59,622 nucleotides of DNA from Fimbriimonadaceae bacterium (lineage in GTDB: Bacteria; Armatimonadota; Fimbriimonadia; Fimbriimonadales; Fimbriimonadaceae), in the NCBI GenBank assembly GCA_040081075.1, contig JBEBHJ010000014.1, positions 1-59,622 of the forward strand, written 5' to 3'. Of the stretch, positions 9,900-19,570 are shown in pieces; the first letter of the stretch is position 1, and every line of letters begins with the position of its first letter. The position numbers and the translations under genes were made by a program. Below the pieces are notes generated by a model. That model was not told the origin of the DNA, did not search any database, and saw only the letters and a list, made by a program, of their open reading frames with translations.

Positions 9900-10595
9900 A
9901 ACAAAGTCTTTCCCGACGCGAAATCTGCCCTTGAAGGGTTTGTTTTTGATGGCATGACCGTGATGTCGGGGGGATTTGGTCTCTGCGGGATTCCCGAGCA
10001 CCTCATCGTCGCCCTTCGCGAAACCGGAGTCAAGGACATCACGGTCATCAGCAATAACTGTGGCGTAGATGATTTTGGGATGGGCTTGCTGCTGCAAACC
10101 AAGCAGATCAAGAAAATGGTGAGCAGCTACGTTGGCGAAAACGCCGAGTTTGAGCGGCAATTCCTTAGCAGTGAGCTAGAACTCGAATTTAATCCTCAAG
10201 GAACTCTTGCCGAAAGAATTCGCGCCGGAGGAGCCGGTATTCCTGGGTTTTATACGAAAACGGGCTACGGAACATTGATCGCTGAAGGCAAAGAGACCAA
10301 ACAGTTCGACGGCGAATGGTATGTGTTGGAAAGCGGCTTAAAAGCTGATCTTTCGATTGTGAAAGCCTGGAAAGGCGACCGCGCCGGGAATCTTATTTAC
10401 AAGAAAACGGCTCGAAATTTCAATCCGATGATGGCAACGGCGGGCAAAATCTGCGTAGCCGAAGTTGAGGAATTGGTCGAAGTTGGTGAGTTGGATGAAG
10501 ACAACATCCACACGCCCTCGATCTACGTGGATCGACTCATCGTCGGCACAAACTACGAGAAACGTATTGAGCGCTTGACAACCCGGCCGAAGTGA
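9897..10595 (+). CDS. scoA: 3-oxoacid CoA-transferase subunit A (ScoA/AtoD family)
   Basis: '[23 protein letters not shown]' and '[19 protein letters not shown]' are hallmark subunit A motifs. No subunit B is adjacent. Confidence 0.8.
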   Translation: MNKVFPDAKSALEGFVFDGMTVMSGGFGLCGIPEHLIVALRETGVKDITVISNNCGVDDFGMGLLLQTKQIKKMVSSYVGENAEFERQFLSSELELEFNPQGTLAERIRAGGAGIPGFYTKTGYGTLIAEGKETKQFDGEWYVLESGLKADLSIVKAWKGDRAGNLIYKKTARNFNPMMATAGKICVAEVEELVEVGELDEDNIHTPSIYVDRLIVGTNYEKRIERLTTRPK

Positions 10596-10625
10596 GGCAT
10601 GGCGACGTCAAGCGAAACGTAAGAT

Positions 10626-11963
10626 CTACCCGCCCTTGGCAAGCTTGGCAAAGTTCTCTTTATCCACCGCACGCATTAAGCATTCCTCATACGAGGTGTA
10701 GCCGTTCTTAAAGAGATCAGCCAATGAGCGATCCATCGTTTGCATTCCAAGCTGAGACGACGTCTCAATCACGCTATACATCTGGTGCGTCTTACCCTCA
10801 CGGATGAGGTTCTTAACCGCTGGAGTTCCCAACATGATTTCAAGTGACGCCCGGCGTCCGCCTCCCAATCGAGGCAAAAGTTGTTGCGAGATGACGGCCT
10901 CGAGGGTGTTACCCAAGATAACTCGAATCTGCGATTGCTGATCAGAGGGGAAGACGTCAACGACACGGTCAATGGTGGCAGGAGCGTTTCGAGTGTGGAG
11001 GGTTCCAAAAACGAGGTGACCGGTTTCGGCCAAGGTCAGCGCCGCTTCGATCGTTTCCAAGTCACGAAGTTCACCAACCAAAACGATATCAGGGTCTTCA
11101 CGGAGCACCGCTCGCAGGGCGTTATGGAACGAATAGGTGTCGCTGTGCAGTTCTCGCTGGTTGACCATCGAACGATTGTGCTTGTGCAAGTATTCGATCG
11201 GATCTTCCAGAGTCATGATGTGCGTCGCACGGTTTCGATTGATGTCGTCAATCATCGTGGCGATGGTTGTCGACTTGCCCGAACCTGTAGGTCCCGTGAC
11301 CAAGACCATCCCGGACGTTCGCTTTGAAACTTCCCGGATGATCGCGGGCAAAGCTAACTCCTCAAAGGTTGGAATCTTCGTAGGAATCGCACGTAGTGCG
11401 GCAGCGTAGGAGTTCCGTTGCATGTAAACGTTGAAACGAAAACGGGCCAGTCCCTTGACGCTATAACCGAAGTCAAGTTCGTGTGTCTCTTCCAGTTTCT
11501 TGATGTTCTCATCAGTTAAGCAGTCGAAGATTAATCGGCGGGTTTCTTGCTCGGTCAGTGGTGCAAAGGGCAATCCGACGATCTCACCGTCAACGCGCAC
11601 CATCGGGGGTAAACCTACGGTGATGTGTATGTCGCTGGCTTTCCTTTCGATTGCGGTGTGAAGAATCTCGTCAAGATGGCTGTCTCCAAGTTGCTTGGTT
11701 TCTTCCCCTTGCATCGTGTGGACCGACTCGCTGATCTGCGCAACTGGTTCATAGCGATGGTCCCGAACGTCAATATCGTGAATGGATTGCGGAACATGGG
11801 CCGGCAGATAAGTTTCATCCCGACCAATCGAAGACGACTGACTAGTAGGCATAAAGTGAACATCGGGCTCATTGGCTTGATCCCCAAATAGCCGGACGAC
11901 TTCATCTTCCTTTGACGGAGCATCCTTTTGGATGACTTCTTCCCAGTTAAAACCTTGATTCAT
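10626..11963 (-). CDS. pilT: type IV pilus retraction ATPase PilT/PilU family (with ~100 aa N-terminal extension)
   Basis: Walker A 'GPTGSGKSTT', 'LEDPIEY', 'VLVGELRD' and 'GHLVFGTLHT' match PilT. Confidence 0.85.
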   Translation of the reverse strand: MNQGFNWEEVIQKDAPSKEDEVVRLFGDQANEPDVHFMPTSQSSSIGRDETYLPAHVPQSIHDIDVRDHRYEPVAQISESVHTMQGEETKQLGDSHLDEILHTAIERKASDIHITVGLPPMVRVDGEIVGLPFAPLTEQETRRLIFDCLTDENIKKLEETHELDFGYSVKGLARFRFNVYMQRNSYAAALRAIPTKIPTFEELALPAIIREVSKRTSGMVLVTGPTGSGKSTTIATMIDDINRNRATHIMTLEDPIEYLHKHNRSMVNQRELHSDTYSFHNALRAVLREDPDIVLVGELRDLETIEAALTLAETGHLVFGTLHTRNAPATIDRVVDVFPSDQQSQIRVILGNTLEAVISQQLLPRLGGGRRASLEIMLGTPAVKNLIREGKTHQMYSVIETSSQLGMQTMDRSLADLFKNGYTSYEECLMRAVDKENFAKLAKGG

Positions 11964-11995
11964 TCCTTCTTTTTCCTTATTCCACGTTCAAAAAA

Positions 11996-12847
11996 CTAAC
12001 TCATCATTGATCCAGCATCGGAGAGGTAAGTGCAGGCTTGTTCGGACAGCGCATGCTCGCTTCCTTCGGCTAATCCCAGCGCTTCGAGGCACCATGCTGG
12101 CGGCTCGGGAGATGACCCAAGCCGGGCCACGCTGGCCACGTCTCGGCTAAATGCCAAAATAGCACGGGTCTTTACAAATTCGCACCCTGGTTCCGGGGCG
12201 GAGAGGTAATCAAACGACTGAGTTATGATATTCGGGAGCCCCCACCGAGCGGCAGCACCCATCGCGATATCAATGTGGTCGCAGTCGTAAATCTCTCGCT
12301 CGGCTTCGAGAACGGTAGCACCGGACTCAATCAGGTCCTCTACCCCGTCATATTTGCCCGACTCGGAACGATCCAAAATCGTCTTGCCGATCAAGTGCAG
12401 CAGGCCAATCGTGAAGACTTCATCGGGATTGGCGAGCCTCTTTTCGCTGGCTAACCATTTTGAGACCACTGCGGAGTCAATTGAGGTGCGCCACCATTCT
12501 CGCCGACGAAGGGATTCCCTGTCGGTCTTTCCGGCAAACAGGTCGAAAATGCCAACGGTCATCGCCATCTGTCGGATGGCTTTGAACCCAAGGAACATAA
12601 TGCCATCTTTGATTGACGTAACTCGTTTGGGAAGGCCATAAAATGCGCAGTTGGCATGAGCAAGAAGTTTCGCGCTGAAACCAGGATCCACTACAATCGC
12701 CCGTTCCAGTTCAGTAGCGGGCGCGTCCGCCGAACCTGAAATTTCCAGGATCTTGTAGACGACATGCGGAAGCACCGCGATCTCATTAACGCGCGAAAGA
12801 ATTTCTTCGCGAGAACTCATTGGTTGTGGTTGTGGTACTGCTGCCAT
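11996..12847 (-). CDS. HDOD domain signalling protein
   Basis: An HDOD-like segment 'AVLPHVVYKILEI...PGFSAKLLAHANCAFYGLPKRVTSIKDGIMFLGFKAIRQMAMTV...IGLLHLIGK'. It lies between pilB and pilT in the same orientation. Confidence 0.65.
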   Translation of the reverse strand: MAAVPQPQPMSSREEILSRVNEIAVLPHVVYKILEISGSADAPATELERAIVVDPGFSAKLLAHANCAFYGLPKRVTSIKDGIMFLGFKAIRQMAMTVGIFDLFAGKTDRESLRRREWWRTSIDSAVVSKWLASEKRLANPDEVFTIGLLHLIGKTILDRSESGKYDGVEDLIESGATVLEAEREIYDCDHIDIAMGAAARWGLPNIITQSFDYLSAPEPGCEFVKTRAILAFSRDVASVARLGSSPEPPAWCLEALGLAEGSEHALSEQACTYLSDAGSMMS

Positions 12848-12855
12848 TGTCTTGC

Positions 12856-14586
12856 CTATGCGTAAAGAACGCGGAGAACTTCATCTACCGTGGTGAACCC
12901 CATCAGAATCTTTTGGACCGCATCCATTTGGAGGGTTCGCATGTCTGATTTCAAAGCGATGTTGCGGAGAACATGCCCAGGTGCCTTTTTAATAATTTCA
13001 TCGCGAATTTCGTCGTTAAAGTCCAGGAGTTCGTGGATTCCAGTTCGGCCCTTGTATCCACTGTTCTTACACTGGTCGCAACCCGCACCCTTGAATAGGG
13101 TGAGCTCTCCATGAGTTTCCGCGCCGATTTCGTCCGGAATCGGAAAGCCGTAACGCACGAGACTCTCGCGAGAGGCCGTGTATGAAGTTTTGCAGTTCGG
13201 ACACACCTGCCGAACGAGCCGTTGGGCCAAAACTCCGATGATCGAAGACGAGATAAGAAAGGGTTCTACACCCATGTCCATGAGGCGCATTGGTGCCGAT
13301 GGCGCGTCGTTTGTGTGAAGCGTGCTAAGAACAAGGTGACCCGTTAGGGCCGCTTCCATCGCGATTGTGGCGGTTTCCTCGTCACGCATTTCACCAACCA
13401 TGATAATGTCGGGGTCTTGCCGCAACATGGCTCTTAGCCCCGCCGCAAATGTCATGCCCGCGCGCACATTTACACCGCACTGATTGATCCCTTCGAGTTC
13501 ATACTCAACGGGATCTTCGATCGTAATAATGTTCGATTGCCCATCACTCACCTTATTCAAAACCGAGTAAAGGGTAGTTGACTTACCCGAGCCAGTTGGT
13601 CCGGTAACCAGCACGATGCCGTAGCTTTTGCTCGACCAATCCTCAAGAAGTTTTAGATTGTGCGGAAGAAAGCCAAGTTTGCTAAGGCCAACGTTGATGC
13701 CCCCCTTATCGAGGATACGCATAACGATCTTCTCGCCATGAATCATGGGCAGGGTAGAAACACGAAAGTCGTATTCTTTGCCTCCGATTACCGCAGAAAC
13801 GCGGTTGTCTTGCGGCGTCCTCTTTTCTGCGATGTCCATGTTGGACATGATCTTAAAGCGCGAAGTTAATGGAGCCAGGATCTTTCGGGGAAGGCGCATG
13901 CTCTCCACCATAACACCGTCGATTCGGTAACGAACGCGAACGCCATCCTTCATGGGTTCAACGTGAATGTCCGAAGCGCGGTCGGAAACGCCTTGGCTAA
14001 CAATCAGGTTGGCAAGCCGTATAACGGGGGCTTCATCACCAAGCTCACGCAGTTGTTCGGCACTAAGTTCCTCTTCCTCTGCTTTGGAAATTTGAAGCGT
14101 GTCACCATCAAAGTCTTTGATCGCGCCGGCAATGGCGTCGGTAACATTAACCTCTCCACGGTAGCTCTCGGAAATCGCATGTTGGATATCTTCCTCAACC
14201 GCAATGAAGGGTTCGATCTCCAGACCCGTGGCAAGCCTGAGTTCGTCAATGACGAAGATGTCGAGCGGATTGGCCATCGCCACAACGAGCTTGTTGTTGT
14301 GCTTTTCAATCGGAATGGCCTTGAAGCGCTTTGCCAGTTGAGCCGAAATCAGCGACGTGACCTCTGGGTCTGGCGGGCGTTGGGTTACCTCTACGAATGG
14401 AACGCCCCAAACTTTGCCCAGCACTCGGACCCGCGCTTTTTCCTCGATGAACCCGAGGCTAACAAGGATGCGCGCAATGGGCTCGTTTCCGCCCATTTCG
14501 CGCTGCTTCTCGTGAGCCAGCTTAAGCTGGTCTTCCGAAATTAGCCCCTCGTGAATAAATATATCGCCGGTTAGCATGCCGCCCAA
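12856..14586 (-). CDS. pilB: type IV pilus assembly ATPase PilB / GspE family
   Basis: A T2SE_N-like N-terminus, Walker A 'GPTGSGKSTT', 'GEMRD' and the C-terminal zinc tetracysteine 'CPNCK...CDQC'. Confidence 0.85.
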   Translation of the reverse strand: MGGMLTGDIFIHEGLISEDQLKLAHEKQREMGGNEPIARILVSLGFIEEKARVRVLGKVWGVPFVEVTQRPPDPEVTSLISAQLAKRFKAIPIEKHNNKLVVAMANPLDIFVIDELRLATGLEIEPFIAVEEDIQHAISESYRGEVNVTDAIAGAIKDFDGDTLQISKAEEEELSAEQLRELGDEAPVIRLANLIVSQGVSDRASDIHVEPMKDGVRVRYRIDGVMVESMRLPRKILAPLTSRFKIMSNMDIAEKRTPQDNRVSAVIGGKEYDFRVSTLPMIHGEKIVMRILDKGGINVGLSKLGFLPHNLKLLEDWSSKSYGIVLVTGPTGSGKSTTLYSVLNKVSDGQSNIITIEDPVEYELEGINQCGVNVRAGMTFAAGLRAMLRQDPDIIMVGEMRDEETATIAMEAALTGHLVLSTLHTNDAPSAPMRLMDMGVEPFLISSSIIGVLAQRLVRQVCPNCKTSYTASRESLVRYGFPIPDEIGAETHGELTLFKGAGCDQCKNSGYKGRTGIHELLDFNDEIRDEIIKKAPGHVLRNIALKSDMRTLQMDAVQKILMGFTTVDEVLRVLYA

Positions 14587-14718
14587 ATTTGTGATGCGAT
14601 CCTACAGAGATTGATCACTGCTAAGATTGTCGGCAAGATTCCCTCAAATCTCCTGTAGAATTTCAAGGATTTCCATGGCAATGAATCTATACAAAAGTGT
14701 AAACTATGACTGTTCCCC

Positions 14719-15477
14719 ATGTTAGAAATCAGAAATCTTTGCGCCCGGATTGAAGAGAAAGAAATTCTCAAGGGCATTAATCTCACCGTGAACGCTGGCG
14801 AAGTCCACGCGATCATGGGTCCGAATGGGTCCGGCAAAAGCACCCTTGCCTCAATCCTAGCGGGTCGGAGCGACTATGAGGTGACGGATGGCGCGGTCAT
14901 CTTCGATGGTCAAGACCTCTTGGAAATGGATCCCGAAGTTCGGGCCGCCGAGGGTTTGTTCCTTGCCTTTCAGTATCCGGTTGAAATTCCCGGTGTGTCG
15001 AACACGTATTTCTTAAGAGCGGCAGTTAACGCCATTCGAAAACATCGCGGCGAGGCCGAAATGGACCCCTTTAAGTTCATGAAGTTCATTCGCGCGAAGA
15101 TGGACCAACTCCAACTCGACGACAATTTGCTCAGTCGGTCTGTAAACGAGGGATTCTCTGGTGGAGAAAAGAAGCGAAACGAAATCTTCCAGATGGCGGT
15201 TTTGGAACCAAAAATGTGCGTTCTTGACGAAACTGATTCGGGGCTCGATATTGACGCGCTAAGGGTTGTAGCCGATGGTGTGAACTCGTTGCGATCCCCC
15301 GAGCGTGGATTCCTTGTTATTACGCACTATCAGAGATTGCTTGATTACATCGTTCCCGATTTTGTTCATGTGCTCGTGGGTGGAAAGATTGTCCAAAGCG
15401 GCGGAAAGGAACTCGCACTTGAACTTGAGGCCAAAGGTTACGGTTGGATTGAAGAACAAGTGGCGGCCGCTCGGTGA
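14719..15477 (+). CDS. sufC: Fe-S cluster assembly ATPase SufC
   Basis: 'GPNGSGKSTL', 'FSGGEKKRNEI' and 'LDETDSGLDIDAL' are SufC signatures. Confidence 0.9.
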   Translation: MLEIRNLCARIEEKEILKGINLTVNAGEVHAIMGPNGSGKSTLASILAGRSDYEVTDGAVIFDGQDLLEMDPEVRAAEGLFLAFQYPVEIPGVSNTYFLRAAVNAIRKHRGEAEMDPFKFMKFIRAKMDQLQLDDNLLSRSVNEGFSGGEKKRNEIFQMAVLEPKMCVLDETDSGLDIDALRVVADGVNSLRSPERGFLVITHYQRLLDYIVPDFVHVLVGGKIVQSGGKELALELEAKGYGWIEEQVAAAR

Positions 15478-16799
15478 TGACGTTGGACAAACCTCACTCG
15501 CTGATCGCGAATTTTGAGCCTCTGGAAGGTGTTCTTTCGCTGTTCGGCCCGGAGAGCCTCAAGCCGTGGCGCAGGAGCAACTTCGCCCGATTCGAAGCGG
15601 CTGGGATCCCCACAACTCGCGATGAAGAGTTCAAGTATCTGTCCCTTAGAAAGCTAAGCGAAACCGTGTTTCAGCCCGCTTATGGGGCGACGGTTTATCG
15701 CCAAGATTTGGATTCCCATCCGGTTTGCTCACTGGACGCCTATACATTGGCTTTCATTAATGGGCAATTTGCCCCGGAGTTGTCGAACACGGCCGGGCTA
15801 CCCGACGGGGTCGCCCTGATTGACTTCGAGGAAGCCTTCGAAACCCACTCCTCAGAGATGAGCATGCTTGGATCGATTGCAACCCTTGAATCAAAGCTTG
15901 GAAGCACGAATGATGAGCGTTTCGTCTGGCTGAATTCCGCTTTTTTAAGCGAAGGAGCCTTCTTTAAGGTTCCGCAGGGCGTCGTTGTCGAAAAGCCGAT
16001 TCACCTTCTGTTTCTGAACGATGCCGATCACGGCGCTTTTGCCGCACATCCGCGGGTGCTTATCCTTATCGGCGAGAATGCCCAAGTGAAGGTGATCGAG
16101 ACCCATCTTGGCTTGAACGATAACCTATACTTCTCGAACGCCGTGGTTGAGATTTCAGTGGGGGCTGGTGCTGTCGTGGAGCACACGAAGGTCCAAATCG
16201 AGGGCTCAACTACCGTGCACATCGCAAACACGTATGTTCATCAGCATTCAAACTCCACCTATACTTCGAGCCTAGCTACCTTCGGTGCCGCCGTATCTCG
16301 TTCGGAGATTAATGCTTTTATTGATGGAGAACACACTGAAACCTGGTTGAACGGCGCCTATATCGGGAAAGGCGATCAAGTTCACGATAATCACACGCGG
16401 ATTGACCATGCCAAGCCGAATTGTCACTCTTTTGAAGTCTACAAAGGCATCCTGGATGACAGTTCAGTTGGAGTTTTCAACGGCAAGATTTTTGTTTACG
16501 AAGATGCGCAGAAGACCGATGCCAAGCAAACCAATCAAGCCCTCCTGCTCTCGCCAACGGCGACGATCAACACCAAGCCTCAGCTTGAAATTTTCGCCGA
16601 TGACGTAAAATGCACGCACGGCGCTACCATTGGGCAACTGCGGGACGATGCCTTGTTCTACTTGCGCGCCCGCGGTATTCCCGAATCCGAAGCTCGGGGC
16701 CTTTTGGTCTATGCCTTCGCTGCCGAAGCATTTGCCCGCATATCGGTTGAGCCACTTAAAGAGTTGCTCGAAAAAATGCTCCGCGCCCGAATGAAATAA
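15474..16799 (+). CDS. sufD: Fe-S cluster assembly protein SufD
   Basis: 441 aa following and overlapping sufC, with a SufB/SufD-type beta-helix C-terminal region ('...FADDVKCTHGATIGQL...'). Confidence 0.8.
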   Translation: MMTLDKPHSLIANFEPLEGVLSLFGPESLKPWRRSNFARFEAAGIPTTRDEEFKYLSLRKLSETVFQPAYGATVYRQDLDSHPVCSLDAYTLAFINGQFAPELSNTAGLPDGVALIDFEEAFETHSSEMSMLGSIATLESKLGSTNDERFVWLNSAFLSEGAFFKVPQGVVVEKPIHLLFLNDADHGAFAAHPRVLILIGENAQVKVIETHLGLNDNLYFSNAVVEISVGAGAVVEHTKVQIEGSTTVHIANTYVHQHSNSTYTSSLATFGAAVSRSEINAFIDGEHTETWLNGAYIGKGDQVHDNHTRIDHAKPNCHSFEVYKGILDDSSVGVFNGKIFVYEDAQKTDAKQTNQALLLSPTATINTKPQLEIFADDVKCTHGATIGQLRDDALFYLRARGIPESEARGLLVYAFAAEAFARISVEPLKELLEKMLRARMK

Positions 16800-16808
16800 A
16801 CTGTCAGC

Positions 16809-17288
16809 ATGTCTGACTTTCAACTCACGTGGGAATTGGTTCGCGGTCGACTTGAGCAAGCCCTTGAGGGCCTGAATCAAACGCAAATGAACTACCGGCT
16901 CCAACCCGAATCGCTCACGATCGGCGAGATGGTTTTGCACGTAGTTGGAGCCGAAATGTCCTTCGTCTCTCAACTCAAAAGCGACGCTCTCACTGGCACC
17001 GATGCGCGTCTCGCCGCGTGTGCAACGGAAGGTGTGATCAATGACACGCCATTCCCCTTCGAGGCCGCTGAAATCACGCCGGAGTTTGTGAATGAAGCTC
17101 TCAAAAGGGGCCGAGAATACGCGGGGCCAGCCATTTCTGAACCTGATCCGTACCGCGAGACCATCATCAAGAGCGCCTTGGGGCCGATGATCAACGGCTC
17201 AGGTGCATTTGCTCGGCTCGCTTACCACCCGGCGTACCACCACGCTCAGGTTTATCTAATCAAGACTTCCCCGGGATTTCCGGCTTAA
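16809..17288 (+). CDS. DinB/YfiT-like (DinB_2) family protein
   Basis: ~160 aa with a His-containing four-helix pattern ('HVVGAEMSF', 'YHPAYHHAQV'). Confidence 0.45.
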   Translation: MSDFQLTWELVRGRLEQALEGLNQTQMNYRLQPESLTIGEMVLHVVGAEMSFVSQLKSDALTGTDARLAACATEGVINDTPFPFEAAEITPEFVNEALKRGREYAGPAISEPDPYRETIIKSALGPMINGSGAFARLAYHPAYHHAQVYLIKTSPGFPA

Positions 17289-18286
17289 TCTTCTTCAATA
17301 GACAAGGCGAAAGGCTCACCCATGCTGCCCATTTTTCGAAACTTGTCGTAGCGATGCTGCTTAACCTCGTCGCCTGACAATGAGCTCAAACTTTCCAAGT
17401 ATCGGTGGATTGCAAGTTTGATGTGCCCGGCTGCCTCTATCGGGTCCCGATGAGCGCCACCTTTGGGCTCGGGCAGAATCTCGTCGATGAGTTGAAGCTC
17501 GAATGCGCTTTGAGCGGTTAGCTTTAGAGCGGCGGCGGCTTGGGGAGCCATTTCGGGCTTTCTCCAAAGGATCGCCGCACAGCCTTCCGGTGGGATGACT
17601 GAATAAATCGCATGTTCTTGCATGAGAACAACGTTCGCAACGGCTAAAGCCAGCGCCCCGCCCGAGCCGCCTTCTCCCACCACGACAGCGATTGTCGGCA
17701 CCCGCAACTCGAACATCTTCAGCATCGAAGCTGCCAGCGCCTCCGATATTCCTCGCGCCTCACTCTCGACCCCAGGATCAGCTGCTGGCGTATCGACAAA
17801 GCAAATGACTGGCATCCCAAAGCGATCAGCCATGTCCATCAGTCGCATTGCCTTTCGATAGCCTTCGGGCTTGGCCATTCCAAAATTTCGATATTGGCGT
17901 TCTTGGATGTTTCGACCTTTTTGGTGCCCAATAACCATCACGCCGCGGCCATCTAAGCTCGCTGGCCCCCCAACAATTGCATGGTCCGCCCCAAACCGGC
18001 GATCTCCATCAAGTTCTACAAATTCCGTGAAAATGGTTTGAATGTAGTCGAGGGTGTAAGGTCGCTTTTCCGCACGGGAAACCAAAACTTTTTCCCATGG
18101 GCCCAAACGGCTATACAGCAATTCTATCGCCTGGTCGCGCCGGGCCTCGTCGCGGGCGACCTTCTCTAGGAGTCGCGCCCGTTCCGCGGGATCGCTCGTT
18201 TTTGCGGCGGCTTCCTTAAATTTATTGATGGCTTCGGTGGCATCAATAATTGGGCGTTCCCATTCTTTCCAGCTTTTAGCGGCCAC
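17285..18286 (-). CDS. accA: acetyl-CoA carboxylase carboxyltransferase subunit alpha
   Basis: 'GGPASLDGRGVMVIGHQKGR', 'GFGMAKPEGYRKAMRLM' and 'TPAADPGVESEARG' match AccA. Confidence 0.9.
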   Translation of the reverse strand: MAAKSWKEWERPIIDATEAINKFKEAAAKTSDPAERARLLEKVARDEARRDQAIELLYSRLGPWEKVLVSRAEKRPYTLDYIQTIFTEFVELDGDRRFGADHAIVGGPASLDGRGVMVIGHQKGRNIQERQYRNFGMAKPEGYRKAMRLMDMADRFGMPVICFVDTPAADPGVESEARGISEALAASMLKMFELRVPTIAVVVGEGGSGGALALAVANVVLMQEHAIYSVIPPEGCAAILWRKPEMAPQAAAALKLTAQSAFELQLIDEILPEPKGGAHRDPIEAAGHIKLAIHRYLESLSSLSGDEVKQHRYDKFRKMGSMGEPFALSIEED

Positions 18287-19061
18287 ACTTGCCTCCTAGC
18301 ATTTTCACCAAGCTTGTCAACGTGTTTTTCAGGTCGCGCCGATGGACGATTCGGTCTAACAATCCATGATTAAACACAAATTCGGTCGTTTGAAAGTCAT
18401 CAGGAATCCTAGAAACCCCGGCCTGCTTCGAAACCCGTGCTCCGGCAAGGCCGATCAGTGCCTTTGGCTCGGCAATGATAACATCGGCAACACTCGCGTA
18501 TGAGGCTAAAACTCCGGCCATGGTGGGGTCTGTAAAGACACAAATATACGGAACTCCGACCTCATTACAACGCTGAACTGCTGCAGTTGTCTTTGCCATC
18601 TGCATGAGAGAGAGCATGCCCTCTTGCATACGGGCACCGCCCGAGGTTGTGAAGACGATTGCCGGGATTTTCTCATCGGCGGCGCGTTCAAGGGTTCTCG
18701 TTATTTTCTCTCCAGCAACCGAACCCATGGAGCCACCCATGAACGCAAAATCCGAAACTGCCGTAGCCACGGGATGGGTATCAAGAGTGGCGTAACCCGA
18801 GACAATCGAATCAAAGGAGCCAGTTTTGGCTTCAGCGGCGAGCCGCTTTTCTTGGTAGTCTGGAAACTCAAGCGGGTTACCCGATCGCAGATCGGTATCG
18901 CTTTCAGTAAATGAATCCGCATCAAAGATCATCTCGATGCGCTCCCGGGCCGAGAGGCGATGGTGGTGCCCACAGTGATGGCATACCCGTAGGTTTTGCT
19001 CAAATTCAGACGCAAACAGAATCTTCTTGCAACCGGCGCACTGTAGGAAGGATCCACTCAT
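18276..19061 (-). CDS. accD: acetyl-CoA carboxylase carboxyltransferase subunit beta
   Basis: N-terminal Zn ribbon 'CAGCKK...CHHCGHHHR', then the carboxyltransferase domain 'FMGGSMGSVAGEKI'. It overlaps accA by 11 nt. Confidence 0.9.
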   Translation of the reverse strand: MSGSFLQCAGCKKILFASEFEQNLRVCHHCGHHHRLSARERIEMIFDADSFTESDTDLRSGNPLEFPDYQEKRLAAEAKTGSFDSIVSGYATLDTHPVATAVSDFAFMGGSMGSVAGEKITRTLERAADEKIPAIVFTTSGGARMQEGMLSLMQMAKTTAAVQRCNEVGVPYICVFTDPTMAGVLASYASVADVIIAEPKALIGLAGARVSKQAGVSRIPDDFQTTEFVFNHGLLDRIVHRRDLKNTLTSLVKMLGGKCGR

Positions 19062-19110
19062 TGCGGACCATGACTATACCGCGAAAGGCGTCGGCGGGTT
19101 ATTATGAGCA

Positions 19111-19440
19111 ATGCCTGTAACTCCGGAGTTCCGTGACGCAACGCTGCCTAAGCTGGCAGCCGTTTGCAACCTTCGTTCAAAGCCCATGTTTGGCGGCATC
19201 GGAATATATTGCGACGAAGTTTTCTTTGCCTGCATAGACGATGACCGGATTTATTTCAAAGTCGGGGCCGAGAACCTGAGCGATTACGAAGCCCTTGGCG
19301 CGGATTCTTGGGTCATCGGCAGTGGCGAGCTCATGAAGAACTACCGCGAACTGCCAAGCGCCGTCCTCGCCAACCCCAAAGAGCTCGCGGTCTGGATAGA
19401 AAAATCAGTTGCAGCGGCTTTGAACAAAAAGAAGCGGTGA
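19111..19440 (+). CDS. TfoX/Sxy N-terminal domain protein
   Basis: 109 aa with 'RSKPMFGGIGIYCDEVFFACIDDDRIYFKV', like the TfoX_N domain. Confidence 0.55.
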   Translation: MPVTPEFRDATLPKLAAVCNLRSKPMFGGIGIYCDEVFFACIDDDRIYFKVGAENLSDYEALGADSWVIGSGELMKNYRELPSAVLANPKELAVWIEKSVAAALNKKKR

Positions 19441-19505
19441 AGCTTAGAGCAGCCCTGCATGTTAATAACATACAATCATCTACTTGCCGGTAGACGGTTG
19501 TGACA

Positions 19506-19517
19506 TTTTTGCAAAAA
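19506..19517. promoter_or_regulatory. palindrome TTTTTGCAAAAA (contains a TTGCAA -35-like hexamer) followed by GTCT; conserved at 39354-39367 upstream of the paralogous cassette
   Basis: Seen in both paralogous upstream regions, immediately 5' of the CTTT tract. Confidence 0.3.
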
Positions 19518-19525
19518 AGTCTTGT

Positions 19526-19564
<39 letters not shown>

Positions 19565-19570
19565 GTGAGC

